DNA of 29,951 bases from an uncultured Myxococcales bacterium (GTDB lineage: Bacteria; Myxococcota_A; UBA9042; CAIXZC01), in the NCBI GenBank assembly GCA_964576155.1, contig CAZNWW010000002.1, forward strand, positions 1 to 29,951. The letters are read 5' to 3'. The position numbers were made by a program, and so were the translations under genes. Positions within the stretch are counted from its first letter, which is position 1. Each line of letters opens with the position of its first letter. The notes under the pieces are model-generated. The model saw only the letters and a program-made list of their open reading frames with translations, had not been told where the DNA came from and did no database searches. Positions 8,905-19,276 of this stretch are shown here, piece after piece.

Positions 8905-9969
8905 TTATCCGGAGAGGTCCTTGTAGTGGCAGCGGACCGGGCCGCCGGTCTCGGGATCGTAGAGGTGGAGTGAGTTACCCTGGCACCGCTTCCATTCCCG
9001 GCAGACCGCGCACTCGCCTTTGCGTAGCCAGGATCGGTCGCGGTAGGGCTCGAAGCCTTCTTCCCAGATCGTCATGAGATCATCGGTGCGGACGTTGCCC
9101 TGGACCAGGGCCCTGTCGATGTTCGGACAGGCCGAGATAGCGCCGTCGTGGAGCACCGAAGCGATGCAGATCCCGGCGCGGCAGAAGTAGGGCTCGTCAC
9201 GGACGGCGCGGTCCACTGCGGGGGGGAGATAGCCCTCGCAACAGAAGTCGGGATGGAGAGCCTCCGTCCTTCGACGGGACGCGATCCAGTCCATGAGGCG
9301 CCCCAAGCCATCCGCGTCGAAGATGAGCTCCTCGTCCTCCCTGGCACGGCCCTTGGGGAAGATCGGGAAGATACGCCAGCGGCGGACGCCGACGTCATGA
9401 AGGAGGTCTCGGAGGTCGTCGAGCTCACTGAGGTTCCCGGGGAAAGTACAGGTGACCACGTCGAGGGCCGTGGCGCGGAGCTCCACCAGGTGCCGGAGTC
9501 CATCGATTGCTCGGCGCCAGGAACCCTCTCGACCCCGGAAAACATCATGGGTCGCTTCGAGACCGTCGATGCTCAGGGTGACGCTCTTCATGCCCAGGCT
9601 GAGGAGGGTCTGGGCCCGCTCCCGGGTCAGTGGCCAGCCGTTGGTCACCATCCCCCAGGGGATGCTACGGGTCTGTATCCTGCCGACGATTGCGCCGAGG
9701 TCGGAGTGGCAGAGGGGCTCACCGCCGGTGATCACGATTTGGAGGCCCTCACGGGGCGCGGTGTCGGCTACCTTGTCGATGACCTGGAGCCATTCTTCGG
9801 TGTTCAATGCTCCGGTGCGAGCGTCAGCGCTGCAGTCGCTGCCGCAATGACGGCAGTCGAGGTTGCAGACCTGCGTGATTTCCAGAAAGAGATACCGCAG
9901 GGGATGGACCTTGGACTCCAGATGTCGGTAGACGGGATGGACGATGCGCCGGAGGGACGGCGGGCTCAC
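8905..9969 (-). CDS. Radical SAM/SPASM enzyme, rSAM/lipoprotein-system type (TIGR04133-like)
   Basis: CNLDCRHCGSDC (CxxxCxxC), ITGGEP, VTNG, LSIDG. SPASM cysteines in FCRAGI...DGAISACP and CAVCREWKRCQGNSLH...C. The YRDRSW..KGEC segment is as I recall it from TIGR04133 members. GTG start overlaps the upstream TGA. Confidence 0.9.
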   Translation of the reverse strand: MSPPSLRRIVHPVYRHLESKVHPLRYLFLEITQVCNLDCRHCGSDCSADARTGALNTEEWLQVIDKVADTAPREGLQIVITGGEPLCHSDLGAIVGRIQTRSIPWGMVTNGWPLTRERAQTLLSLGMKSVTLSIDGLEATHDVFRGREGSWRRAIDGLRHLVELRATALDVVTCTFPGNLSELDDLRDLLHDVGVRRWRIFPIFPKGRAREDEELIFDADGLGRLMDWIASRRRTEALHPDFCCEGYLPPAVDRAVRDEPYFCRAGICIASVLHDGAISACPNIDRALVQGNVRTDDLMTIWEEGFEPYRDRSWLRKGECAVCREWKRCQGNSLHLYDPETGGPVRCHYKDLSG

Positions 9970-10163
9970 TCTTTGGCGGCGTCAGGGGCGAGGAGATTCC
10001 CCGCCTTGATGTCATTCGCCGGGGCCTCCTTGCCGTCCTTTTTAGTGTCCCCCTGTAGCGGTAACGTATCCTCGGGGTAGTACTGAGGACCGTAGCAGGC
10101 CGCCAGGATCACGGGACTGATGACACAGATGGCACCCAGGAGCAGCTTATGGATCCGCTTCAC
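9966..10163 (-). CDS. Small lipoprotein with Cys-Tyr-Gly at the lipobox; probable rSAM substrate (TIGR04134-like, minimal)
   Basis: GGAGG RBS then GTG; basic N-terminus, hydrophobic stretch, lipobox ILAA-C23, then YGPQYYP. The mature part is 43 aa, hydrophilic and low-complexity. 4-bp overlap with the rSAM gene. Confidence 0.82.
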   Translation of the reverse strand: MKRIHKLLLGAICVISPVILAACYGPQYYPEDTLPLQGDTKKDGKEAPANDIKAGNLLAPDAAKE

Positions 10164-10281
10164 GTGAATCCTCCGAGATCGGGCTGACGTTCAACATAAC
10201 GAAATCGCTCCTTGGTGATCCCCGCAACCTCTTTGGACTCCCGGACCCGGGACGCCTACACTCTCCCAGCGGAGGTTGTCC

Positions 10282-12069
10282 ATGAATCGTTCGACCGAAC
10301 TGCTGACCGTTTCTTCGATTGGGATGGTCTTGCTCCTCGTCGTGGGGGTCCTGTGGATGGACGCCTGCACCATCGAAGAGGAGGCCCCCAAGCAGCACGA
10401 TGTGCTCGACCCCTCGGATGTGATCGATGAGGACGCGTCTTCACCCGACATCATCGAGGTGCCGCCGGAGTGTGGAGACGGGATCTGTGACTTGGCCGAG
10501 GACTGCCTGACTTGCACCGATGATTGCGCCTGCGCCGAGCTGGCTGCGACCCCTCCCATGGGCTGGAACTCCTGGAACCTCTTCGCGTGTGACATCGACG
10601 AGGCGCTCGTCAGGGAGATTGCGGACGCGATGGTCGGCAGCGGGATGAAAGACGCTGGCTACGAGTACGTGAACCTGGACGACTGCTGGCAGACGGACCG
10701 GGATGAGGACGGCGTCATCGTCACGGATCCGGAGCGCTTCCCGGGCGGCATAGCGGCGCTGGCAGAATACGTCCACGAGCGGGGCCTCAAGTTCGGCATC
10801 TACACCTGCGCCGGGACGCTCACCTGCGAAGGTCGGCCCGGCAGCTTCGGCTATGAGGCCCAGGACATGCAGACCTACGCAGATTGGGGCGTGGATCTCG
10901 TAAAGGTGGACTGGTGTTACACCGATGGTCTGGACTCCGCGGAGCGCTATGAGCTGTTCCGGGACGGCATCCTCGCATCAGGACGGGAGATCCTGTTGAG
11001 CATCTGCAACTGGGGCTACCAGGAGCCATGGGTCTGGGGGCCGCAGACCGGGCAGATGTGGCGGACCTCGATGGACATCAAGGATGGGTTTTTGCCGTTG
11101 ATGTTCAACCTCAAGGCCGTGGAACCCCTGGCAGCCTTTGCCGGGCCCGGCCGCTGGAATGATCCCGACATGCTCGAGGTAGGGAACGGCGGCATGACCG
11201 ACGACCTCTACCGCGCCCACTTCGGGCTGTGGGCCATGCTCGCTGCCCCTCTTATAGCGGGCAACGATCTGCGAGACATGTCCCCAGCGACCCTGAAGAT
11301 CCTCACCAATCCGGAGGTCATCGCAGTAGACAAAGATCCCGCGGGTCTGCAAGCGGTGCTCCTCAGGGTGACCGACGATGTCCGGGTCTACGCACGACCG
11401 CTCACCGAGGACGGGTTGCGGGCCGTGCTCTTCTTCAACACCTCCCAGGACGTTGCCCGGACAGCGTCCATCACCTGGGACGAGTTGGGATTGTTCCAGG
11501 GTACGGCTTCGGTCCGGGATCTCCTTGCGCAGGAAGAGCTCGGTGCGTTCGTCGACCATTTCGACGCTGACATTCCGTCTATGAGCGCAGTGATGGTCAC
11601 CATCCGAGGCACGGAGCCCCTGCCCGGCGTTGGCATCCAGTACCTCTCTGATCTCCCGTTGAAGTACGCAGCGTCCTATGGCGGCCTGGTCGCGCTTGAC
11701 CGTGGGTTCAGCCTCGAGGATGAGGCGCCTGGTCCGATTATTACGCTGGGCGAGCAGGTCCACGAGAAGGGCCTCGGCGTCCCTGGTGGATCCGTGGTCG
11801 TGGTACACCTGGGAGGTCGCTGCGACATCTTCGAGGCGACCCTGGGGCTCACGAGCAACGCCGGCCCCGAGGGATCCGTGGTCTTCGAGGTCTGGGGCGA
11901 CGGGGTTCGCATCTGGTCGAGCGACGTGGTCACCGTCGACACCGAACCCAAACCCATCCAGACCAGCATGAAGGGACGGCAGAATCTCAAGCTCGTCACG
12001 ACCCCGGCAGGTGATTCCACCACCGGCGATCGGGCCGCGTGGGCCCACGCACATCTCACCTGCGAATAG
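10282..12069 (+). CDS. GH27 alpha-galactosidase with N-terminal Cys-rich module and C-terminal NPCBM-like domain; probably membrane-anchored
   Basis: TPPMGWNSWN, YVNLDDCW, LVKVDWC (nucleophile Asp), MWRTSMDI (acid/base Asp), GRWNDPDMLEVGNG, APLIAGNDLR. C-terminal YLSDL...KGLGV...FEVWGDG...TGDRAAWA resembles NPCBM/NEW2. Start at ATG 10282 after GGAGG. Confidence 0.88.
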   Translation: MNRSTELLTVSSIGMVLLLVVGVLWMDACTIEEEAPKQHDVLDPSDVIDEDASSPDIIEVPPECGDGICDLAEDCLTCTDDCACAELAATPPMGWNSWNLFACDIDEALVREIADAMVGSGMKDAGYEYVNLDDCWQTDRDEDGVIVTDPERFPGGIAALAEYVHERGLKFGIYTCAGTLTCEGRPGSFGYEAQDMQTYADWGVDLVKVDWCYTDGLDSAERYELFRDGILASGREILLSICNWGYQEPWVWGPQTGQMWRTSMDIKDGFLPLMFNLKAVEPLAAFAGPGRWNDPDMLEVGNGGMTDDLYRAHFGLWAMLAAPLIAGNDLRDMSPATLKILTNPEVIAVDKDPAGLQAVLLRVTDDVRVYARPLTEDGLRAVLFFNTSQDVARTASITWDELGLFQGTASVRDLLAQEELGAFVDHFDADIPSMSAVMVTIRGTEPLPGVGIQYLSDLPLKYAASYGGLVALDRGFSLEDEAPGPIITLGEQVHEKGLGVPGGSVVVVHLGGRCDIFEATLGLTSNAGPEGSVVFEVWGDGVRIWSSDVVTVDTEPKPIQTSMKGRQNLKLVTTPAGDSTTGDRAAWAHAHLTCE

Positions 12070-12226
12070 GAGCGGGTTGTCGAGGAGGAGACGCTTGGGC
12101 CTCCAGGGGATAAACCGGTCCAGCCGGCTCGGACCTCGCACGAAGTGAGGTCCCGCTTGCGTTACATCGAGGTTTTGATCAACCTAGACATGTGGACTGC
12201 ACACAACTCACCCCGGGGGAAGAGCG

Positions 12227-15200
12227 ATGAGCCGTATCTCGATGCAGGTCTTCGGGGCCTGCCTGGTTGTACTTATTGGGTGCAATGGTGGTGGCGGTCT
12301 CACCGTCAATCTGGATTCGATTGGAGAGATCGGCCAGGACCTGGGCGCCGGCGTCGACCTGGAGCATGATCTGATCCACGACGCTACCGCTGAGGCGGAT
12401 CTCACCGACGAGGCGGCTCCACCCGAGGTCTGGGGCCCGGCCCTGGAGAACCCGGCGCAGCTTGTGACGACAACGGTGATTGCCTGTCGGGTTGGTGCGT
12501 GGAGGCCGAGGACGGTTGGGTCTGCACGCAGGAATGTGAGACCGAATGCCCCCAGGGGTGGCAATGTGTCCCCACCGGATCCGGGCCTGACGGCCTCTAT
12601 CTCTGCATTCCGTCTTTCGCTACCCTCTGCCGCCCGTGCGACGGGGACGAGGAATGTCGCCAGTTCTCCGGCGGCGATGAGTTTTGCGTGGACTACGGGC
12701 CCGGCCAAGGCAGCTTCTGTGCAGGGGCCTGTGACGAGCTCGAGTGTCCGGGAGGATACCAATGCCAGCTCTGGCTCCTCGGAGATGGAACCGAGGCGCA
12801 GATGTGTATCCAGGATGACTTGACCTGCGGTTGCGCGAAGAAATACCTGGGGATGGACCTGAGCACCTCCTGCTATGAGGCGAACGAGTACGGCATTTGT
12901 TGGGGGGAGCGGGTCTGTCTCGACGGAACCCTGACGGCCTGCGACGCGATAGTGCCCGCCGCCGACGATATCTGCAATGGCGTCGATGACGACTGCGACG
13001 GCCAGGCGGACGAGGACTTCCTCCCGGCCGAATGTGTGCTGGAGAACGAGTTCGGGATCTGCCCCGGGACCACGGCCTGCACGGACGGTGACGAGATCTG
13101 TGAGGGCCAGGTCCCGGAGGCCGAGGTTTGCGACGGCGCGGACAACGATTGCGACGGCGAAGTGGACGAGGACTTCCCGGATCTGGACGATGACGGCGAA
13201 GCCGACTGCCTGGACGATGACGATGACGGCGACGGGATCCCTGACGAAGCAGACAACTGCCCCAAGGTCGCCAACCCGGCGCAGGACAACCACGACCTCG
13301 ACACCCAGGGGGATGCATGTGATCCCGACGACGACAACGACCTCGTCGCGGATGAGGAGGATTGCGAGCCCTTCAACCCGTCGATCTATCCAGGCGCCCC
13401 GGAGCTCTGCGATGGCGTGGATCAGGACTGCGACGGTGAGGTGGATGATGGGGCGTTGGATACGGACGGGGACGGCGAGGCCGATTGCATCGACGCGGAT
13501 GACGACGGCGATGGAGTCCTCGACGGAGACGACGTCTGTCCCCTGGTTCCGGACCCGGCGCAGCTGGATCTTGACTCCGACGGCCTGGGAGACGCCTGCG
13601 ACGATGACGACGACGGCGACGGAGATCCGGACCTCACCGACTGCATGCCGTTGGACCCCACAGTGGGTCATGGTCTCCTGGAGATCTGCGACGGCGCAGA
13701 CCAGGACTGTGACGCCGCGGTGGACGAGGGGTTCCCGGATCTGGATGACAACGGCGTGGGGGATGCGTGTGACGACGACAAGGACGGTGACCTGGACCCC
13801 GACGACACCGACTGCGCCCCCCAGGACCCGTCGATCCACCACGGCGCTGTCGAGGCCTGCAACGCGGTGGACGACAACTGCAACGGGATCATTGACGAAG
13901 GTTATCCGGACACTGACGGGAACGGTCAGGCGAACTGCATCGACGTCGATGACGACGGCGACGGGGTCCCCGACGATGAGGACAACTGCCCCGCGGTGGG
14001 GAACCCCGACCAGGCGGATACTGACGGGGACGGGGCGGGCAACGCCTGTGATCCCGACGACGATGGTGACGGGGATCCCGATACCACCGACTGCAAACTC
14101 CTGGACCCTGCGGTGAATCCCGACGCCACCGAGGTCTGCAACGGCGTCGACGACGACTGCGACGGCCTCGTGGACCCCGAAGACGCGGGCGGCTGCGAGA
14201 CGTACTACTACAGCGGAGACGGTGACGGATTCGGGTTGGACCTGTCCAAATGCCTCTGCACGCCGCTGGCCCCGTATCTCGCGCCGGAGGCCGGGGATTG
14301 CAACGACAACAACGCCGGCATCCACCCCGGCGCGACGGAGTTCTGCAACGGTATGGACGACGACTGTGACGGCGCCCTCGACGAGGAGGACGCGGTGGGC
14401 TGCACCGGCCAGTTCGTCGACGGAGACGGCGACGGAGCCGGCGCAGGCGCTGCCCTGTGCCTCTGCGGCTCCCCGGCGGGATATGCCAAGAACGCCGGAG
14501 ACTGCGATGACGACGACCCGCTCGTTTCACCGACCGTGCTCGAGCAATGCAACGACAAGGACGACGACTGCGACGATCTGGTGGACGAGGTTGGTGCGGT
14601 GGGCTGTGCGCCCTACTACCACGACGGTGACGGAGATGGTTACGGGATCCTTGGGAGTACAAAATGCCTCTGCCAGCCGGAGGGGAGCTTCGCCGCGACG
14701 GTCCCCGGGGATTGCGATGACGACGCCGACGCGATCCATCCCACCGCGCTGGAGCTCTGCAACGGCGTAGACGACAACTGCAACGGCCAGGTTGATGAGG
14801 GCGTGAAGACCACCTACTACAAGGACAACGACGGCGACGGATACGGGACCCCGAACGACAAGCTCGACACCTGCGCGGCACCTCCCGGCTACGTGGACGC
14901 AGGCACCGACTGCAACGACTTCAACCCGGAGATCCACCCCGACCGGGCTGAAGACTGCAACGGCATCGACGACGACTGCGATGGCGTCGCCGATGAGGGG
15001 ATCCCGACAGTGGCTGTATACGTCGACCTGGACGGGGACGGGCACGGCGCAGTCGGCGCCGTAGCGGTGCTGGATTGCCTGATCGACGGCGACCAGGTGC
15101 CGGACGGATTCTCATTGGTCGCAGATGACTGCGACGACTCCGCTTCCACGGTCCACCCCGGCGCTGCGCTGATTTGCGATGGCAAGGACAACGACTGTGA

Positions 15201-16926
15201 TGGTGTCGTGGACCGGTACTGCTTCACGTCCTGCCCGGGCGGCTGGCCCTTCCAGCAGACCTTCCCAGGGAGCAGGCCACAGGCGATGCCCGCGGACCTC
15301 GACGGGGATGGCGTTTACGAGGTGATCGTCCAGAGCAACTTCGGCTTCGCCATCCTGGACGATCAGGGCACGGCGCTCCACGACTATTCGGCGCCCGTAC
15401 ACAACTTCTCACGGGGGCGGGTGGTGCTCGCGGACATCGACGACTACGACACCTGGTCCGTCCCAAACCAAACCCTCGAGGTCCTCACGGGCAACGGGAG
15501 CATCCCGAGGTTCTACAAGCTCTTCCCCGACGGCACGGTGACCGTGACCGAGAACGCCGGTGTCTCCATCTACGACGCCAGCCGGTTCCTGGCAAGGGAC
15601 GTGGACTATGATCGGCGCCCGGAGTTCTTCACCACCACCTGGTGCAACCCGTCAGCGCTGATCCGTGCGTTCCGCTTCAACAAGGCCGGTGGGACCATCG
15701 AGCTGGTCTCTTCTGAGCCCGAGCCCTATGGGATCTGTGCATACACCGCGGGGCGATTCCTGGGAGACCTGGATGGGGATGGGATCCCGGAACTCGTCAC
15801 CGGAAACGGCTGGGCGGAGCCTGCGACGCCGTCCAAGTGGGGCGGGTTCGTGCTCCCGTACACCTTCGACGATCTGTCCTCCCTGGACATGTCCCCGTTC
15901 TGCACCTTCGAGGATTGCTTCCCCACGGACGTGGAGGGAGTGTTCCAGGGACAGGTGCGGGAGATGCTCTTCTTCGTCGACCAGGTTCGTGCGAACGTGG
16001 GCTACTTCCTGTCAAAGGAGGAGGGCCAGGCAAACCCGTGCGCCGGGGCCTGGCGATGGGCCTGGGATTCGTCGGGGGAGGTCGCTCCCCAGGCGCCGAC
16101 CCAGGACGGCGGTCTCTTTCCGCTTTACCCCACCGACGTGGACGACGACGGCGTTCCGGAGCAGGTATCGCACGTCGCACGGATCGGTCTGTTCGACATT
16201 GACGGGGACGGCTTCCCTGATCGGGTGCGCACCGTGGGGACCGAGCTGCTCCTGGACTTCTGGGATCCTGAGATCGGTGGATTCGCCTCCAACCCGGGCT
16301 CCTCCCTGGAGGTGAGCGGCGAGAGTCTGCGGCTCGGTGGCCTGTGGGATCTGAACGGCGACGGACGGATAGAAGCCCTCGTCAGCGACGATCAGGGGCA
16401 GGTCTTCTGCTATGCGCTCGGTCAGGGTACCTGGAATCGACACAGCTCGCTGCCGCCTCACCTGACGCCGGTCCTGGCCACCAACCAATGGGACAACTTC
16501 GAGCCCAACGACGGGGCGGACCTCGACGACGACGGCCTGCCCGACCAGGTGGTGCACGTCCCGTCGGCGCTCACCGCAGAGGGGAACTTCTATTCCTACC
16601 TGACCACCGCCGAGGATGAGGACTTCTTCCTGGTGAACACAGACTGGGGTGGCGGGCTCTGTCTCAGGTCGCCGCCGGGCCGAAACTACGGCGTGGCGGT
16701 CTACTCGTATGCGGACAAGATCAACGAGGCCGCCGGCGCGCCGGGGCAGGACGGTCTCCCGGACGGTCTCGTCTGGGAGAACACCTCCGGGGCAACCACC
16801 AAGTGTTTCAGCGGCTCCCTGGTCTATCCCTATCGATATGGCGAGTACCGGTTCATCATCCGGATCTGGTCATTGGACGGCACATCATCACCCTACTGGC
16901 CTTACTGGCTCGACGCGCCGAAGTAG
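12227..16926 (+). CDS. Giant Ca-binding surface lipoprotein (MopE-related CxGxDxDCDG repeats, thrombospondin type-3-like repeats, FG-GAP propeller); frameshifted near 12432-12438
   Basis: Signal peptide and lipobox (LVVLIG-C) lie in the frame starting at 12227; the body lies in the frame open from 12394 to 16926. About 11 E.C[ND]G.D[DNQ].CDG..DE motifs, DGDG.PD..DNCP...NP.Q.D.D.DG.GDACD repeats, DLDGDG FG-GAP motifs and a terminal DNFEPND/PPC-like domain. Confidence 0.82.
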
Positions 16927-16942
16927 GGCTTGGGAGGAAAAC

Positions 16943-17758
16943 ATGCCCTGGAACCTCTGTCTCGTAGCCCTGTTTCTCGCCGCCCCACAGGTGGTGGACG
17001 CGCCGGGCTTCCCGTACCGGGCAAAGGACGTCGTCTCCTGCAAGGGGAACGCTGTCCGGTTGAAGCGCGTCTCGAAGAAGAAGAACCAGATCACCGACGA
17101 CCACGTGTGGAACGCGGACAATGACCTCGTCCGTCCTGCCGGGGCCCTGGACGCGGGCCATGATCAGGTGCCCCAGGAGACCCGGTGGGGACGGATCTCC
17201 TTCTACCGCGACAACGGCGCCGGGCTCACCGTGGGGATCTACGTGAAGGTCGGACAGCGCCTAGGCGCAAAGGACGAGCGCGGTTTCTCGTCGATCTATG
17301 ACAAGGAGTTCGACTACACCGTGGTGGTCTTCGATGCGGAGCGGGTCCCTGGGACGGTCTACCCCCTCACCGCTTTCCATCCGGGGATCCTGGAGATGGG
17401 TCACGCGACGCTGGTCGGTGACGTCCTGTACTTCGACGCCAACTACAATGGCTACGCGTCCATCGCCAAGGAGAAGACCGGCTACCTCGTAGCGCTCGAC
17501 CTCGCGGACGGACGGGTGCTCTGGACCACGAAGAACCTCACCGCGTCCTGGCGAGGCTTCATCGTCCACGGCGACGTGATCGTCGCGGGGTACGGGTTCA
17601 CCGCAGAGCCCGATTTTCTCTACCTCATCGACCGGCACTGCGGCAAGGTCTTGCAGAAGATCCACCTGAAGACCGCGCACGAAGTCCTCATCCAGCGCAG
17701 CGACCGCCTTTACGTCCGCACCTACGATCACGACTACGTCTTCGATTTCGTGGAGTAG
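16943..17758 (+). CDS. Secreted protein with partial PQQ-like/beta-propeller repeats
   Basis: The ORF track starts at 16649, but ATG 16943 follows GGGAGG and begins a signal peptide (MPWNLCLVALFLAAP). YLVALDLADGRVLW and LYLIDRHCGKVLQ are propeller-blade-like. Confidence 0.65.
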   Translation: MPWNLCLVALFLAAPQVVDAPGFPYRAKDVVSCKGNAVRLKRVSKKKNQITDDHVWNADNDLVRPAGALDAGHDQVPQETRWGRISFYRDNGAGLTVGIYVKVGQRLGAKDERGFSSIYDKEFDYTVVVFDAERVPGTVYPLTAFHPGILEMGHATLVGDVLYFDANYNGYASIAKEKTGYLVALDLADGRVLWTTKNLTASWRGFIVHGDVIVAGYGFTAEPDFLYLIDRHCGKVLQKIHLKTAHEVLIQRSDRLYVRTYDHDYVFDFVE

Positions 17759-17848
17759 CGCCCGGCTGCTGCCGGCAGGTCCTGCTGGACTCTGACGTCG
17801 TTTCAGGTAGTTTGATCAATCAATGATCTGCAGTGCAGGGGCACGGCG

Positions 17849-19267
17849 ATGAGCAGCAGCGGTGATGTGAGTGGTGGAGGCTGGCGTTTCTCTCGGGCCT
17901 TCTGGGCGGCCAACTTTGTGGAGCTCCTCGAGCGGGCCGCCTGGTACGGCGTCTTCGTGGCGCTCACCCTCTACCTGTCCAGGATCCTGGGCTATTCGGA
18001 CATGGAGGCGGCGACCACCTCCGGCGTCTTCGTCGCCGGGCTCTACTTCCTGCCGCCGTTCGCCGGTGCATACGCGGATCGCATCGGATTCCGCAAGGCC
18101 CTGCTCGTGGCCTTCGGTTTGCTCACTATCGGCTACGCGAGCATGTGGCTTCTACCGACCCTCCTCGAAGGAGCCGGTCTGGCGACCTACGGGCAGGAGG
18201 TGGAGTTTCACGGCCTGAAGACGAGCTGGCACAAGTGGCTCTTCGTCCCCGTGATGATGGTGGTCATGGTGGGCGGGTCCTTCATCAAGTCCGTGATCAC
18301 CGGGACCATCGCCCAGGAGACCACCGAGGCCAGCCGCGCCCGTGGGTACTCGATCTTCTACGCGATGGTCAACGTGGGCGCGTTCACGGGCAAGACCGTG
18401 GTCAAGCCCCTGCGGGAGGCCATGGGCAACGAGGGCCTCATCGTCCTCAACCTCTTCGCTGCGGCGTTGACCCTCCTGGCCTTCGTGTCGATCCTGTTCC
18501 TCTACAGGGCGACCCGGACGCCCGAGACGAAGCGCTCCATGGCTGATACCTGGCGCTCCCTCATCGCTGTCTGCAGTCGCTGGCGGCTCGTGACCTTGAT
18601 CCTGCTGGTGACGGGGTTCTGGATGGTCCAGCACCAGCTCTATGCCACCATGCCGAAGTATGTGCTGCGCATGGCGGGGGAGGGGGCCAGCCCCTCCTGG
18701 TACGCGAACGTCAACCCGGCGGTGGTGGTGCTCACCGTGGGGGTGGTGACTCAACTCATGCGCCGTTGGTCAGCCCTGACGTCCATGACCGTGGGCATGT
18801 TCATCATGCCAATCTCCGCGTTCTGCATGGCCCTTGGAAACATGACGGATGGGAGCCAGATCCTCGGCCTGAACCCCATCGCCTTCATGATGATCGTGGG
18901 CATTGCGTTCCAGGGCCTCGCTGAGAGCTTCATCTCTCCCAGGTTCCTGGAGTACTTCTCTTTGCAGGCGCCCAAGGGCGAGGAGGGCCTCTACCTGGGC
19001 TTCTCGCACCTCCATTCCTTTATCTCCGCCATCGTCGGCTTCGGCCTCTCCGGGGTTCTCCTCAGCCGCTACTGTCCGGACCCCAAGACCCTCTCGGAGG
19101 TGGAGCAGGCGCAACGACTGGCAGCGCTCGGTGGGACCGGTGAGATGCCCGCAGCCTACGCCAACGCCCACTACATCTGGCTCGTCTTTGTTGGGATCGC
19201 AGTCGCATCTGCCGTGGGCCTCATCGTCTACGGCGTGGTCGTGAGGCGCCTCGACGCCCGCAGGTAG
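17849..19267 (+). CDS. MFS transporter (POT/peptide-transporter-like)
   Basis: NFVELLERAAWYG (ExxER motif), GAYADRIGFRKAL MFS loop motif, GGSFIK, GYSIFYAMVNVGAF; about 12 TM segments. Confidence 0.85.
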   Translation: MSSSGDVSGGGWRFSRAFWAANFVELLERAAWYGVFVALTLYLSRILGYSDMEAATTSGVFVAGLYFLPPFAGAYADRIGFRKALLVAFGLLTIGYASMWLLPTLLEGAGLATYGQEVEFHGLKTSWHKWLFVPVMMVVMVGGSFIKSVITGTIAQETTEASRARGYSIFYAMVNVGAFTGKTVVKPLREAMGNEGLIVLNLFAAALTLLAFVSILFLYRATRTPETKRSMADTWRSLIAVCSRWRLVTLILLVTGFWMVQHQLYATMPKYVLRMAGEGASPSWYANVNPAVVVLTVGVVTQLMRRWSALTSMTVGMFIMPISAFCMALGNMTDGSQILGLNPIAFMMIVGIAFQGLAESFISPRFLEYFSLQAPKGEEGLYLGFSHLHSFISAIVGFGLSGVLLSRYCPDPKTLSEVEQAQRLAALGGTGEMPAAYANAHYIWLVFVGIAVASAVGLIVYGVVVRRLDARR

Positions 19268-19276
19268 TCATTTCGC

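Noticed and set aside
12131-12153. Hairpin GGACCTC-GCACGAAGT-GAGGTCC after the GH27 gene as an intrinsic terminator
   Set aside because: There is no U-tract and it lies about 60 nt past the stop; function cannot be supported.
12208-14325. 705-aa minus-strand ORF and the other long antisense or alternate-frame ORFs in the track
   Set aside because: These are shadow ORFs of GC-rich, Asp/Cys-repeat genes (Val/Ala-rich or Arg/Pro-rich translations) with no motifs or RBS support.
16649-16942. Extended start for the propeller-like protein overlapping the upstream gene
   Set aside because: It would overlap the giant lipoprotein gene by about 280 nt, whereas ATG 16943 has an RBS and a signal peptide.
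12175-17819. TTGATCAA palindrome upstream of two genes (12175-12182 and 17812-17819) as an FNR/CRP-type site
   Set aside because: It lacks the TTGAT-N4-ATCAA spacing, and two copies of an 8-mer are too little evidence for a regulon.
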